The notes beneath the pieces were generated by a model. That model was not told the origin of the DNA and searched no databases. It was given only the letters and a program-made list of their open reading frames with translations. The position numbers and the translations under genes are program-made. A stretch of DNA of 64,000 nucleotides, taken from contig CAVSTP010000002.1 of assembly GCA_963730935.1 (NCBI GenBank), positions 832,001-896,000 of the forward strand, read 5' to 3'. Source of the stretch: an uncultured Nitrospiraceae bacterium. GTDB taxonomy: Bacteria; Nitrospirota; Nitrospiria; Nitrospirales; Nitrospiraceae. Shown here one piece after another: positions 50,776-60,672 of the stretch (position 1 is the stretch's first letter; every line of letters begins with the position of its first letter).

Positions 50776-51187
50776 CCCCTCGCTGGACGTGGCGACGTGC
50801 AAGGTAGTTCATGCCTAAAAAAACAGGCAAGCTTCGTTATTTCTTTGTTGGTGAGGATGACTCCTTTAACCGGATCTATTTGACGAAGTACGAACGAATT
50901 TGCGATAGGACTGAGCCGATCACTCTCTATGCCGGAAAGGCGCTCCGATTTATCGAGACGTTCATTGAATGTGATGAAGATGGGAATGAAGAGCTTCTTC
51001 GTGCGTGCTTCATCCGACATCAATTCGATGAACAAGGTCTGTGGAACAAGGACGAAAAAGAGCGGGTAATGCGCGGCGCGAGGGAGGGAGTCTCAGTTGT
51101 TGGGAAAGGCGACTACATGGAGGAACTCACAAAGCCGAGCATCGATCCTTCCCGATGGACCCCAACTCCTGAAATGGTGCAACGGTT
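50776..51187 (+). repeat. 412-bp direct repeat, copy 1 (copy 2 at 55795..56206)
   Basis: Identical by eye except at 50865/55884. Confidence 0.92.
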
Positions 51188-51218
51188 TAGCACTAAGGAG
51201 CTCGGGATCCGAATTTGA
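50811..51218 (+). CDS. Hypothetical protein, duplicate with chimeric C-terminus
   Basis: Same sequence as 55830..56243 up to MVQR, then a tail matching 56761..56788. Confidence 0.6.
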   Translation: MPKKTGKLRYFFVGEDDSFNRIYLTKYERICDRTEPITLYAGKALRFIETFIECDEDGNEELLRACFIRHQFDEQGLWNKDEKERVMRGAREGVSVVGKGDYMEELTKPSIDPSRWTPTPEMVQRFSTKELGIRI

Positions 51219-51219
51219 A

Positions 51220-51615
51220 TTGCTTCGCATTCTTGTCGTCGATGATTTTGGCCCCTTTAGGGAGGCCCTCTGCAGCTTTTTTCTAGGCTACGAAACCTTA
51301 ACCGTCGTCGGTGAGGCCGCAGACGGAGACGAAGCCATTGAGCTGGCCTTTCGACTCGCTCCTCACGTCATCATTATGGATGTGAAAATGCCTCGCAAAA
51401 GTGGAGTTGAGGCCACTCAGCAAATCAAGCACGCGCTTCCAGAGATCCATGTCATTGGAGTCTCTACTCAAGATGACACGTTTCTTAAAGCCTCCATGAA
51501 AGCCGCCGGCTTTTCAACCTTCGTCACCAAAGATTGCGCCCATACCCTTCCTGATGTCATTGCCACGATTACCGGCCGCTCCATCACGAAGGATTATCTA
51601 GAAGGCGCCGCTTGA
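51220..51615 (+). CDS. Stand-alone response regulator receiver (NarL-type REC)
   Basis: ILVVDD, VVGEAADG, IMDVKMP, FVTK; native 5' end possibly replaced. Confidence 0.8.
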   Translation: MLRILVVDDFGPFREALCSFFLGYETLTVVGEAADGDEAIELAFRLAPHVIIMDVKMPRKSGVEATQQIKHALPEIHVIGVSTQDDTFLKASMKAAGFSTFVTKDCAHTLPDVIATITGRSITKDYLEGAA

Positions 51616-51756
51616 CTCGAAAAGAAGCTGAATCGTGCGATCACATTTCACTCCCTTACGACCTCCTCTTCGGCTTCAGATAGATCCCGCAAGCCAAGCA
51701 AACTTTAGCTGCACGAATGAATTCCATTACGCCCGGGCGGACTCTGCCATACAGGA

Positions 51757-51960
51757 TTAAGCTGCTTGGAGTTTCTGGATGAAAAACTCGTAACAAGTGG
51801 GGCAGTAGTCAGGCGTCAGAAGGCAGGTAGCGGGATCAATCCCGGTTGCGTCACGATAGGCTTTTTGGGTGAGCCATCCTCCCCAGTCGTCATGCACGAG
51901 CTGACATCTCGTACAAATCTTCAGCATGGGCGGTTCTGACTTATCTGGAGAAGCGGTCAT
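51757..51960 (-). CDS. Small Cys-rich protein
   Basis: ICTRC..DDWGGW...YCPTC; GGAG RBS. Confidence 0.6.
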   Translation of the reverse strand: MTASPDKSEPPMLKICTRCQLVHDDWGGWLTQKAYRDATGIDPATCLLTPDYCPTCYEFFIQKLQAA

Positions 51961-52348
51961 TTCTTTTTTTGCTCCATTGAAGAGCAGTGTAGGAGGGTGC
52001 GAGATATCAGTGACCTGCTCAATACCCTAGGGGAAGAGCCAAATATCACTGCCCAAAACAGCCGCAAACGATGAAGCGAGGAGGTCGTAGTTCAGTGCAT
52101 AAACCCTCCATTACAGATCAATGCAGGTTTCCTCTAGCTGACAATAGCTGGACGAGCGCTAGACGCGAAAGAGGTATTTCAGCATTGCACTTTAGGGGGA
52201 GTAAAGAACTCACTTTGCCGACACTGTGTAGATCATACTTGAAGAGGTTCCGTGCACCGATATCATTCTGTCACTAAAGGCATCAGATGCTTTGCAGCCA
52301 GTCAACATCTTCCTCGCTTGAAAAATAGTGCCTAATTCTTCGCCACAG

Positions 52349-52611
52349 TGGCAAGCAGGCAATAGAACTGGTCCCTCTTTATCAGCCTCATGTCGTTCTG
52401 TTGGATTACTACATGCCGAGGATGAACGGCGTTGAGGCTGCCCGCCTCATGAAGGAGTACTGGCGAGAAAATAGCAATTATTGGACTTTGTGTGGCACTG
52501 GATAGGTCTATTACGGATGCGTTTCTGAAGGCCGGCGCCTTAGCAGTCATATAAAAGACCACGTCGATCATCTTTATTCTACGATTCAACAAGCCTGTCC
52601 CAACAGATTGA
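52349..52611 (+). pseudogene. 5'-truncated, frameshifted receiver gene, inverted paralog of 53429..53830
   Basis: GKQAIELVPLYQPHVVLLDYYMPRMNGVEAARL...FLKAGALAVI, then a frameshift. Confidence 0.8.
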
Positions 52612-52790
52612 TAGGTGGAGCGCCTAGAACCCAGTAGACTGAACATCGACGGTTCCCGCCGCTTTTTCGACAACTCGTAGAGCTTGTCTGTGAGCAACTG
52701 CTCTACGAGCCACTTTGCCTACTACTTCGCTCTGTGGTAAAAGATGCGGCCTCCGATCACAGCAGAACGCCACTAGAGAGGGTCTACACC

Positions 52791-52967
52791 ATGCGCCTTG
52801 CAGAGGATGTAAAAAAATTCTCAAGTGCTTGCGAGCAACTTCTGGCGACGGCGGCAATCAGCAACCGAACCCTGACAGAAGACGAGGCAAGAATTGTCCA
52901 GTACTATTGCAAGGAGCTGGCCGAGAAGCTGTTCCCACCTTCAGTGCCTAGTCAGTGCGATGTATAG
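52791..52967 (+). CDS. 58-aa helical protein, family member 1
   Basis: MRLAEDVKKFSSACEQLLAT...EDEARIVQYYCKEL; GAGAGG RBS; paralogs in this window. Confidence 0.7.
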   Translation: MRLAEDVKKFSSACEQLLATAAISNRTLTEDEARIVQYYCKELAEKLFPPSVPSQCDV

Positions 52968-53139
52968 GTCTACCGAGCCGACTTCGGGTACACTCTGAAC
53001 GGCTCCAACCTGCCAGAGTCCTATAGAGGAAATACGTCTTCTCTTGGAAGTTGGCAGGATGGCCTAATCCACGCTCCCATCAAGCCGTTTCCTATCAATC
53101 CATAGGCCGGTCAGGGGAGGTCTGCAAGACCCTCTGGCC

Positions 53140-53366
53140 GGTCGTTGGTGGGAACTTGGTTAAGACCTCGAAACCAGATAGATCAGGCAATGAGAGGTCG
53201 AGAATTACACAATGAATAGTCTGAGACTGAAACAAGCTAAGGCCGGTCTGGCCAGTCGCAGCTTCACAGATGACATGATCAGGGAAGACGACCCCCGATG
53301 GTCGGCGTAGTACCCGCGGATTGTGTCGTTGTCTTCGATAAGGAGAATTGATTTCGCGTCCGCCAT
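53140..53366 (-). pseudogene. Frameshifted, truncated receiver gene
   Basis: MADAKSILLIEDND, frameshift, then EAATGQTGL...CVILDLSLPDLSGFEVL. Confidence 0.7.
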
Positions 53367-53428
53367 GGGCGCAAGTGTTCGTATTGTGTGTGATGAGGGT
53401 ATCGTAGGTTCTTAACTAAGGATTGTTG

Positions 53429-53830
53429 TTACGCGAGAAGGTGATCCGATGACGCTCTTTTGGGAAAAGCTCGTTGAATCGTGGAATGAAGATGCTCTAT
53501 CCGGTCTTTGAGTATCACGGCTAGGGCACCTGCCTTGAGAAATTCATCGGTGATATAGGTATTCGGAACCGAACATAATCCAATAATTACTGTCTCTCCC
53601 GAGGATTTCTTGATAAGGCGGGCAGCCTCAACGCCGTTCATCCTCGGCATATAGAAGTCCATCACAACAACATGAGGCTGATAGAGTGGGACGAGTTCTA
53701 TTGCCTGCTTGCCATCGCACGCTTCTCCCACAACATGAACGTCATCATAACCGGTGAGCATACGGCGTAGAGTGATACGGATCGGCACGTGATCATCGAC
53801 CAAAAGAACGCGGCGTACGTGAGGAGGCAT
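53429..53830 (-). CDS. Stand-alone response regulator receiver
   Basis: VLLVDD, VMDFYMPRMNG, ILK. Confidence 0.85.
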   Translation of the reverse strand: MPPHVRRVLLVDDHVPIRITLRRMLTGYDDVHVVGEACDGKQAIELVPLYQPHVVVMDFYMPRMNGVEAARLIKKSSGETVIIGLCSVPNTYITDEFLKAGALAVILKDRIEHLHSTIQRAFPKRASSDHLLA

Positions 53831-53869
53831 AATTTCACCGGAAACGCGGAGGTTGACTTAAATCGCCGG

Positions 53870-54008
53870 ATGAGCGGCTCCTCTGACAAGCCGATAATTT
53901 TCACATGGCGATACGTTTCTTTAATCACCCGCCGCGAAGGATTTGTCTGAGAATCCGGCGGACCAAGCATTCGTCGTCTACGAGTAACACGCGTGTAGTT
54001 GTCCGCAT
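53870..54008 (-). pseudogene. Internally deleted receiver gene
   Basis: MRTTTRVLLVDDECLVR joined out of frame to RVIKETYRHVKIIGLS. Confidence 0.6.
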
Positions 54009-54339
54009 TGCTACCATAGTTCGCAAATGTAGCATGGCTAGCAATTTTGCTTAACTAGCCAAAACGATAGGGGTTGAGTGCGCCTGGAGCGTGGTAGCCG
54101 AACGTTAACACGATTGAATGGCATCTATTTCGGCGTCCGGTTGGTAACCGTCGAGTCTTCCCACATCCTCTATGTCGACCATTCGCGGGGCAATAGGACT
54201 GCGCTGTATCGTTTAGCCTCTCAGTTAGACCTTCTAGACAATCGCGCACCGAGCATGTCCGCCAAGCGAACCGTACGGCCACAGGTACAACAGCGACCCC
54301 GCACCGATCCGTTGGCCGTCTGCGGAGGGCGCCGTGATC

Positions 54340-54549
54340 CTAGCTCAGTGTCGGTTTCCCATTCCTGTGCTCAGCAAGCCTTTGCGCATCGGCAAGCTTG
54401 GCGACTTCGTTCGCATAGTAACAGATCATCTGCAGTTCATCGTGCGAGAACGGCGCATGATCTGGAGCATGAACGGTGGCTAACACTTGCTCGCAGTCAC
54501 GGAAAAAATCACGAAGGTCTTGGCGGATGGGCAGTGGTGAGGTAGACAT
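54340..54549 (-). CDS. 69-aa helical protein, family member 2
   Basis: IRQDLRDFFRDCEQVLAT...FSHDELQMICYYANEVAKL; GAAAGGCGG leader. Confidence 0.7.
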   Translation of the reverse strand: MSTSPLPIRQDLRDFFRDCEQVLATVHAPDHAPFSHDELQMICYYANEVAKLADAQRLAEHRNGKPTLS

Positions 54550-54762
54550 CGAGGACCGCCTTTCATTAGGTGTCTGGCGGTCGGGCCTTCCAGGAGGCCG
54601 CAGGACAGTGGTGGAGGGGGTGTGAAGCTACCTTAGGCGTTATCGACGACTGGGTCAAGCGGTCATTGGACCTACCAGCAACCGCATCACCCTGAAGTGA
54701 TGCGGCAATCTACTCGGGAGGTAAGGTAGCCTTAGTGCAAAGGAGCAGATAGAAAGAAATGT

Positions 54763-55188
54763 CTAGCGTGTAGCAGCGATGGAGGCCATTGCCTGTTGGA
54801 TGGCGTTCTCGAGGTCCCTTGCTGAGTGTTGCTGTTTGTGCAAACAGGCAAAAGCACCATTGTGCAATACCAGGTCATGTAGGTTGGGATATGGCAGCTT
54901 AGTGAGGACAACGACAGGGATCGAGGGCCGGTGACGATTGGGAACTAGCTTGAACAGGGCTTCAAAGCCTGACTCCCCAGACAAGTCCAAGTCTAAGATC
55001 ACGCAGTCCACCTTTTGGGATTGGTAGAGCTGTAGGCCGGATTTAATGTCTGTGGCTGTTAACGTCGAATAGGCTGACGAACATTCCCTCAGAGCATGTG
55101 ACCAAAAATCCAGATCCGCTGGATTATCATCAATGAAAAGAACCGTAGTCCGAAGAGAAGCCACCTCGGGAGGCGCGGAAGGGGTCAC
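54763..55188 (-). CDS. Stand-alone response regulator receiver
   Basis: VLFIDD, VILDLDL..SGF, VLT, LHK; GAAAGGCGG leader. Confidence 0.85.
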   Translation of the reverse strand: MTPSAPPEVASLRTTVLFIDDNPADLDFWSHALRECSSAYSTLTATDIKSGLQLYQSQKVDCVILDLDLSGESGFEALFKLVPNRHRPSIPVVVLTKLPYPNLHDLVLHNGAFACLHKQQHSARDLENAIQQAMASIAATR

Positions 55189-55320
55189 TTAGGAACCGCC
55201 TTTCTTCACCTAGAGTCCGATCTGTAAGGGCAATATGGTCGAGAGTATGCCTCCTTGGCATTTTAAAGATCAAGTATCGCCAAGGGGCGACAGTTGCAAC
55301 TTCAAAGAAGCCTAAGCCGC

Positions 55321-55539
55321 TTAAGTGGTCGGCCTTGACGGTGGTTCCTGCTTGAGGGGTGGGTCCTGCTTTATCGGCGGCCGATCAAAGTGTTGACCAC
55401 ACTGTTCACACACGTAATGGCCAGTGAGGTAGCGATTTTTCGTGGAGGTTGCAAGAATAAGTCGAGGATGCACGCAGGGTGCATTGCCGGATGAAACGCG
55501 AGGATCGGCTGAGGACGCCATGAGACCGCACAATTTCAT
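55321..55539 (-). CDS. Small Zn-ribbon-like protein
   Basis: CVH...TGHYVCEQCG; start uncertain. Confidence 0.5.
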   Translation of the reverse strand: MKLCGLMASSADPRVSSGNAPCVHPRLILATSTKNRYLTGHYVCEQCGQHFDRPPIKQDPPLKQEPPSRPTT

Positions 55540-55829
55540 ACTTATTGGTCATGCACATCATTCGCATAGATACCTCCATAGATGCAGAGAGCAGTTCATT
55601 CCCCTGGCGCATTTCCCTCCAGCTGGTTACTTCCGCAATCAGCTACACCCATCAGAGGTAACTGTGAGCCTAGGGTTGATCGCTGGATCTCTGGCGGTAG
55701 GAAACTGTTGTGGGGTGCCTTCAACCTTTGCTTTTCCACCGTGCCTGAGCAGCCTTTTTGGCACTCGCTCGGCGCTCCTCGGAAGTCAACTTAGCCCCTC
55801 GCTGGACGTGGCGACGTGCAAGGTAGTTC

Positions 55830-56243
55830 ATGCCTAAAAAAACAGGCAAGCTTCGTTATTTCTTTGTTGGTGAGGATGACTCCCTTAACCGGATCTATTT
55901 GACGAAGTACGAACGAATTTGCGATAGGACTGAGCCGATCACTCTCTATGCCGGAAAGGCGCTCCGATTTATCGAGACGTTCATTGAATGTGATGAAGAT
56001 GGGAATGAAGAGCTTCTTCGTGCGTGCTTCATCCGACATCAATTCGATGAACAAGGTCTGTGGAACAAGGACGAAAAAGAGCGGGTAATGCGCGGCGCGA
56101 GGGAGGGAGTCTCAGTTGTTGGGAAAGGCGACTACATGGAGGAACTCACAAAGCCGAGCATCGATCCTTCCCGATGGACCCCAACTCCTGAAATGGTGCA
56201 ACGGTTAAAGCAAGCTATACGGACAAAGAAGCAACATAGTTGA
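55830..56243 (+). CDS. Hypothetical protein (137 aa), intact copy
   Basis: AAGGT RBS; within repeat copy 2. Confidence 0.65.
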   Translation: MPKKTGKLRYFFVGEDDSLNRIYLTKYERICDRTEPITLYAGKALRFIETFIECDEDGNEELLRACFIRHQFDEQGLWNKDEKERVMRGAREGVSVVGKGDYMEELTKPSIDPSRWTPTPEMVQRLKQAIRTKKQHS

Positions 56244-56510
56244 GGATGGAGTGAGCATACAGAGCTTGAATCCGGACTTCTCAGTGTAGATGCGAGGGGA
56301 GTGTTCCCGCTTGGAGAGCAAAACAGGCCTTCCTGGAACTAAGTGGTTGTTAGAACTCATCCGCAACGAAAAGAGTGAGTTGGCTCGGGTGCATAGCAGC
56401 AAGCGGAACTACTTGTCTCCTAAGAAAGGTGTCAATGTGCTATTCGGATGTTACGAGTAGTAGGCAAGCGGAGTTCACCATAAGGAAAACTTTACTTGCG
56501 GAGGTGGCCA

Positions 56511-57029
56511 ATGGCACAGATGCTGTCTGTACTGCTAGCTCTCGCGTTGAGTCAGGTACTGTGTTCGTCAAGTTTCGCAGATATAGAACCTCGGCATTTC
56601 ATCAAGCCCGCTCTCAAAGGACTCTCCGGAGTCCATATTACCGTTGTGGTAGACACGGAATTGGGCAAGGCAGGGCTTTCCTGGTCCACCATCCTCAACG
56701 ATGCGGAGCAACAACTTCGAAACGCAGGAATCCGTGTCGCCAAAATGAGTGATTTTGCTCTTAGCACTAAGGAGCTCGGGATCCGAATCCGAGCGGATAA
56801 GCTTTCGACGGCGCCTGTGTGGTCGGTACTTGCCACCGTCGCCCTATTTCAAGGAGTGAGCTTAGAGAGAGATTCGAAAATTAGACTGATCGGTGTCGAG
56901 ACTTGGACAGTCGATGTGCTCCGAACACTTAACCAAGATGATCTCGACAGCATTCGGTCGGATGTAAGAGCACAATTATCACTGTTTGTGCAGGACTATC
57001 AGGAGGTAAATGGAAAGCCGAAACCCTAA
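56511..57029 (+). CDS. Exported hypothetical protein
   Basis: GGAGG RBS; signal peptide ending in SFA. Confidence 0.7.
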   Translation: MAQMLSVLLALALSQVLCSSSFADIEPRHFIKPALKGLSGVHITVVVDTELGKAGLSWSTILNDAEQQLRNAGIRVAKMSDFALSTKELGIRIRADKLSTAPVWSVLATVALFQGVSLERDSKIRLIGVETWTVDVLRTLNQDDLDSIRSDVRAQLSLFVQDYQEVNGKPKP

Positions 57030-58492
57030 TGTAGTTCTTGCCCCTTCAGTGCTGTCTCTCCTCCTGCGACAAGATTGATGCTATTCCCTGGCGGAGGGAG
57101 AGATGCAGCAGCACTGTCTGCGACTAGAACCCAGTCGCCACTAGACGGGGGAGAAAAATTCTGCGAAGTGGTGGTCGGAAACGCTCCAATCTGGGTTGCC
57201 ACTCCGGTGCTGGGATCATACCACCAGGCAATCATCGTACTTCCCGTAAGGCAAGTTCCATTGACAGTGATCGCACGCGAAGATGGCAGGTAAATAATGA
57301 TAGAGGACCCATCAGCGGCACACGCCGCTGAGGCATAGTCTGTGTCCCCGAACGTTCCATTCCCTGCCATAAGGACAGTCTGAGCCGTGTCTGGAACGAG
57401 TTTCTGCCAGTGCCGGGAATTAAACAGCGCCTGAAAATGCTTCATACTCAAGGCACCGGGGCTGTCAAGTTGGGCTCGCCAGTCCGTCAGAGGAGGGCAG
57501 TAGTCGCCTGTAAAGCCGAACCCCCAGACAGGGCAGTTGCCAAAAAAGTTACCGAATCCCCCATGGAGGAGAGTCCAATAGGATTGGGCTCGGAGCATCT
57601 CGGTGTTTGGAGCGCCGACATTCTCATAGTGTGATTCGATGAGAAAAAATGGCTTAGGGGGAGAGATCCTATAGGCAGCAGCGGCGTGCTCATAGTCGAT
57701 GCCATTCGTGTAGGTGCTGTTGATATTGAGCCACTCGGCCTCGGACCATGGTGTTACAGCCATGACCTCCCGCGCGTTGTGTACAGTGAAGGGATGGCGA
57801 GTGTCTTTCGACAGGATCCCATCGATCATAGCCTGCACTTTGGACTTTACAGGTGTTGGGTCCGTATCCCCACCGATCACCCAGACGATATTGTCGTAAT
57901 TTGCATACCGGCTGCCGACATACTCGCCCCATGCCCTCATCTCCGAGATGGTCGCGGTTTTTACCTCATTACACCAGCCGTCCCCGTCACTGCCACACTC
58001 ATAGCCGAGGAACAGGGGGAACAGGAATACGGCTATTCCTTTCTCGGCCGCCGACTTCAAAACGTAGTCTGCATGGGCGAAGTAGGCTTCTCGGGGCGTG
58101 GTGAAGGGTTGTCCGGTAAAGGGTGTGACTCCATAGAAGTTTGCAGGGGCATTGACCGCGTACTTGTGTTCGATGAGATTGGCCAGCACTGCAGTAAAGC
58201 CATGCTGCTTTCGATTCTCGAGGTAGAAGTCTGCGTCCGACTCAGAGAGTGCGACGAACAGCGACCAGGCCGTATCGCCGACGAGCAGGAACGGCTCAGC
58301 GCTCTGATCGACCACATGGCGCGTCGCTGGAGCCGCAGTAAGCGGATAGCTGGGTGCGCTGGAGGGTGCAGCAGTGGAGGGTGTACCGGAGGTGGGGCTT
58401 TCGTTACCGCCACCGCACGACATGAGGAACCCAGAAAGCACAAGAACAATAAGTAGTCTCTGTAAGTTCAATCGCCTGAAAGTAACAATCAT
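57026..58492 (-). CDS. Lipoprotein with DUF4038 (GH140/apiosidase-like) and C-terminal collagen-binding-like domain
   Basis: Lipobox LMSC; PFLLVGDTAW, WVIGGD, ESHYE, WYDPSTG, DWVL. Confidence 0.75.
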   Translation of the reverse strand: MIVTFRRLNLQRLLIVLVLSGFLMSCGGGNESPTSGTPSTAAPSSAPSYPLTAAPATRHVVDQSAEPFLLVGDTAWSLFVALSESDADFYLENRKQHGFTAVLANLIEHKYAVNAPANFYGVTPFTGQPFTTPREAYFAHADYVLKSAAEKGIAVFLFPLFLGYECGSDGDGWCNEVKTATISEMRAWGEYVGSRYANYDNIVWVIGGDTDPTPVKSKVQAMIDGILSKDTRHPFTVHNAREVMAVTPWSEAEWLNINSTYTNGIDYEHAAAAYRISPPKPFFLIESHYENVGAPNTEMLRAQSYWTLLHGGFGNFFGNCPVWGFGFTGDYCPPLTDWRAQLDSPGALSMKHFQALFNSRHWQKLVPDTAQTVLMAGNGTFGDTDYASAACAADGSSIIIYLPSSRAITVNGTCLTGSTMIAWWYDPSTGVATQIGAFPTTTSQNFSPPSSGDWVLVADSAAASLPPPGNSINLVAGGETALKGQELH

Positions 58493-59005
58493 GATCGCAT
58501 CCTTGGATGAATGAAATTCATTCGATCAACATGTCTTTCCTGTGGAGCCTTCACGAGAAAAGACCACCGAGCACTGACCCATTCGCTTGAATACAGCTAA
58601 TGAAGTCGAGGGGTTTTAGGGAGAGGGAGGATCGGTTTGGGACGGGCTGGATGTGTGATTATCTCTTGCGAAGAGTGGGTACATTCTGGACCTAACTCGG
58701 TATGTTATACCTATTCCCCATTACGCTGAATTCCACAGACCAAACGCTTCACGATGCAATAGTTGCAACAAGGACGCAACCAGGGAAACCCCGAGGCATG
58801 TTCAGGACTACAGGAAATCACTAAGAAGAGTTTGGTGTCGTTTTCGTAAACCGCAGGTCGCTGGCTAGTGCAAGAGGTCTCCACTGCATTCTGAAGTGTT
58901 TGATCTGCTTGATTATCGGTGGGGTCAGATGAAATTCGAAACCCGTCATCCACCCCAGGAACCTTTCTTCTAACCCATTGATCAGCAAGGCCATCCGTCC
59001 ATTCT

Positions 59006-59175
59006 CCCGGTCTTTTTATTACCTACTGAGCAATTGTGATCAGCCTGCGATCTGCCTTTTCGATATGCTGATCTCCAGCCGCCGTTGTATGTCTGAGTAT
59101 GAGAAAGGCAATCATGACCTGCCGAGTAGCTCGATCGTTCCCAAGCCAGACCACCTACTCTTCTGAGAAAGGCGG
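59006..59175 (+). repeat. ~170-bp dispersed non-coding repeat, copy 1 (copy 2 at 63047..63219)
   Basis: Aligns over its whole length with scattered substitutions and two small indels; both copies end in GAGAAAGGCGG. Confidence 0.85.
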
Positions 59176-59199
59176 TCGTCCGGTCTCGGACTTTTCTCC

Positions 59200-59621
59200 C
59201 TTCCGTCCGTCCAGTCAGCGATTACCGTTCTTCTCATCGATGCACATAAAGACGACCGCCAGTACTGGGCACAGCACCTTCTCATTTCATCCCCTGATTA
59301 TGTCGTCCTCGAAGCCGAGACTGGAGCAGCAGGACTCGCGATCTGTCGGTCGCAACGGGTCGATTGCGTGGTTTTGGAATTGACGCTGCCTGATATGTCT
59401 GGGTTCCAGGCACTCACACAGTTGGTTCCACGTGCCTACTATCCTGAACCGGCAGTCATCTTTTTGTCCCGCACAACACTCCAACCTATGGCCGAAATGC
59501 GATGAAAAACGGAGCACAAGCTTATTTGATTAAGTCTCATATCTCTGGCGATGATCTGGACAGGGCCATTCGCAAAGCTCTTGCTCCTGTCGGTTCCTCG
59601 CACGAGGTATATCCCTCCTGA
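59200..59621 (+). pseudogene. Frameshifted atypical receiver gene (phospho-Asp position is Glu)
   Basis: TVLLIDAH..EAETGAAGL..DCVVLELTLPDMSGF, frameshift near 59500, then KNGAQAYLIKS; start codon lost. Confidence 0.75.
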
Positions 59622-60153
59622 AATCTTTTCTGCTGGTTAGGTTGTCTGAGGTTGGATTCTCGGAATTTCATAAACAGCAGGTCAGGCGCCGTTCACGAAG
59701 CCGTTAAAGGGTATGCCCCACGAGCCATTCAGGTTTCTACAAAAGCCATCAATTCCCGTCGGAGACACCAGGGACAACTATGTATACGTCGCAAGTTCGT
59801 TGGCGGTGACCTTCGCTGTGAGCCTCCTCCCTCCTGAACGTGGCCATCCAAGACTAGGATTCAGCCTAGTGAGCAGTTGTGACCAGACCACGGCCTGTCT
59901 GTTCTAGATACTAATTACTCAAGCAACGACGATTGCGAATGACAGGCAAACATAAGCAAACGTCTGCCACCGCTATCCGATACGGAGAACGAATGAAGGT
60001 GCTAAGTATGTCAGCTTGGCCCGGGAGCGATACCCGAGAAGAAGAACGACCTTATAAGGTGGGCCGAGCAGTGGGATCAGCAACAAAAGACGCGCTGACC
60101 TGAAGCCATCAGCTTAGGGTAACCAGCGCCGCCCATAACGAGGAGGTGCCGTC

Positions 60154-60414
60154 ATGTCTATTATAGGATGGATTCTATTTGGGTTGATTGTCGGTGTTGT
60201 GGCGAAACTGATCATGCCAGGCCCCGATCCTGGAGGAATGATCGTGACGATCCTCTTGGGTATAGTAGGAGCGCTCATCGGCGGGTTCATCGGTCGCATG
60301 CTTGGGTGGTACGGTGAAGGCGATCCGGTCGGCTTTATCATGGCCGTGATCGGGGCGATTGTCGTGCTGTTCGGCTATCGTAAAATCAGCAGCACGTCTC
60401 AGGTCAGGGTGTAG
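60154..60414 (+). CDS. GlsB/YeaQ/YmgE (transglycosylase-associated) membrane protein
   Basis: GWILFGLIVGVVAKLIMPG...GIVGALIGG; AGGAGG RBS. Confidence 0.9.
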   Translation: MSIIGWILFGLIVGVVAKLIMPGPDPGGMIVTILLGIVGALIGGFIGRMLGWYGEGDPVGFIMAVIGAIVVLFGYRKISSTSQVRV

Positions 60415-60514
60415 GAAATTTGGCACGGCTTGGAATCTACACCGAGGTTTTCTCCGGCGATTGCATGCACCGGATTCTCCGCGATAGATAGAAGGGTCCA
60501 GATCGTATGGGGTC

Positions 60515-60622
60515 CTAGTCGTGGAGGACGACGTTGAAGAGGGAGCTGTGCACGTGCAACTCGCCGTTGTACTCGATGAAACCCAGTTTGCGAAACTTAT
60601 TCATGAAGTAACTGACGCGGGA
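60515..60622 (-). pseudogene. Crp/Fnr family regulator, C-terminal remnant
   Basis: SRVSYFMNKFRKLGFIEYNGELHVHSSLFNVVLHD*, resembling the end of a Crp HTH; no 5' part present. Confidence 0.7.
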
Positions 60623-60672
60623 GCCGAACGATAGGGCAGCTCCACTGCCTCTGAATTTGACTATCACAAACA

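Larger units (their letters stand above)
49029..58958. mobile_element. Genomic island 2 at tRNA-His (~9.9 kb, decayed)
   Basis: 24-bp tRNA-His 3' repeat at 49029 and 58935; integrase remnant next to the left repeat. Confidence 0.78.

Noticed and set aside
59930..60110. Possible riboswitch upstream of the GlsB/YeaQ gene
   Set aside because: No convincing paired stems or complete consensus recognised; needs an Rfam scan
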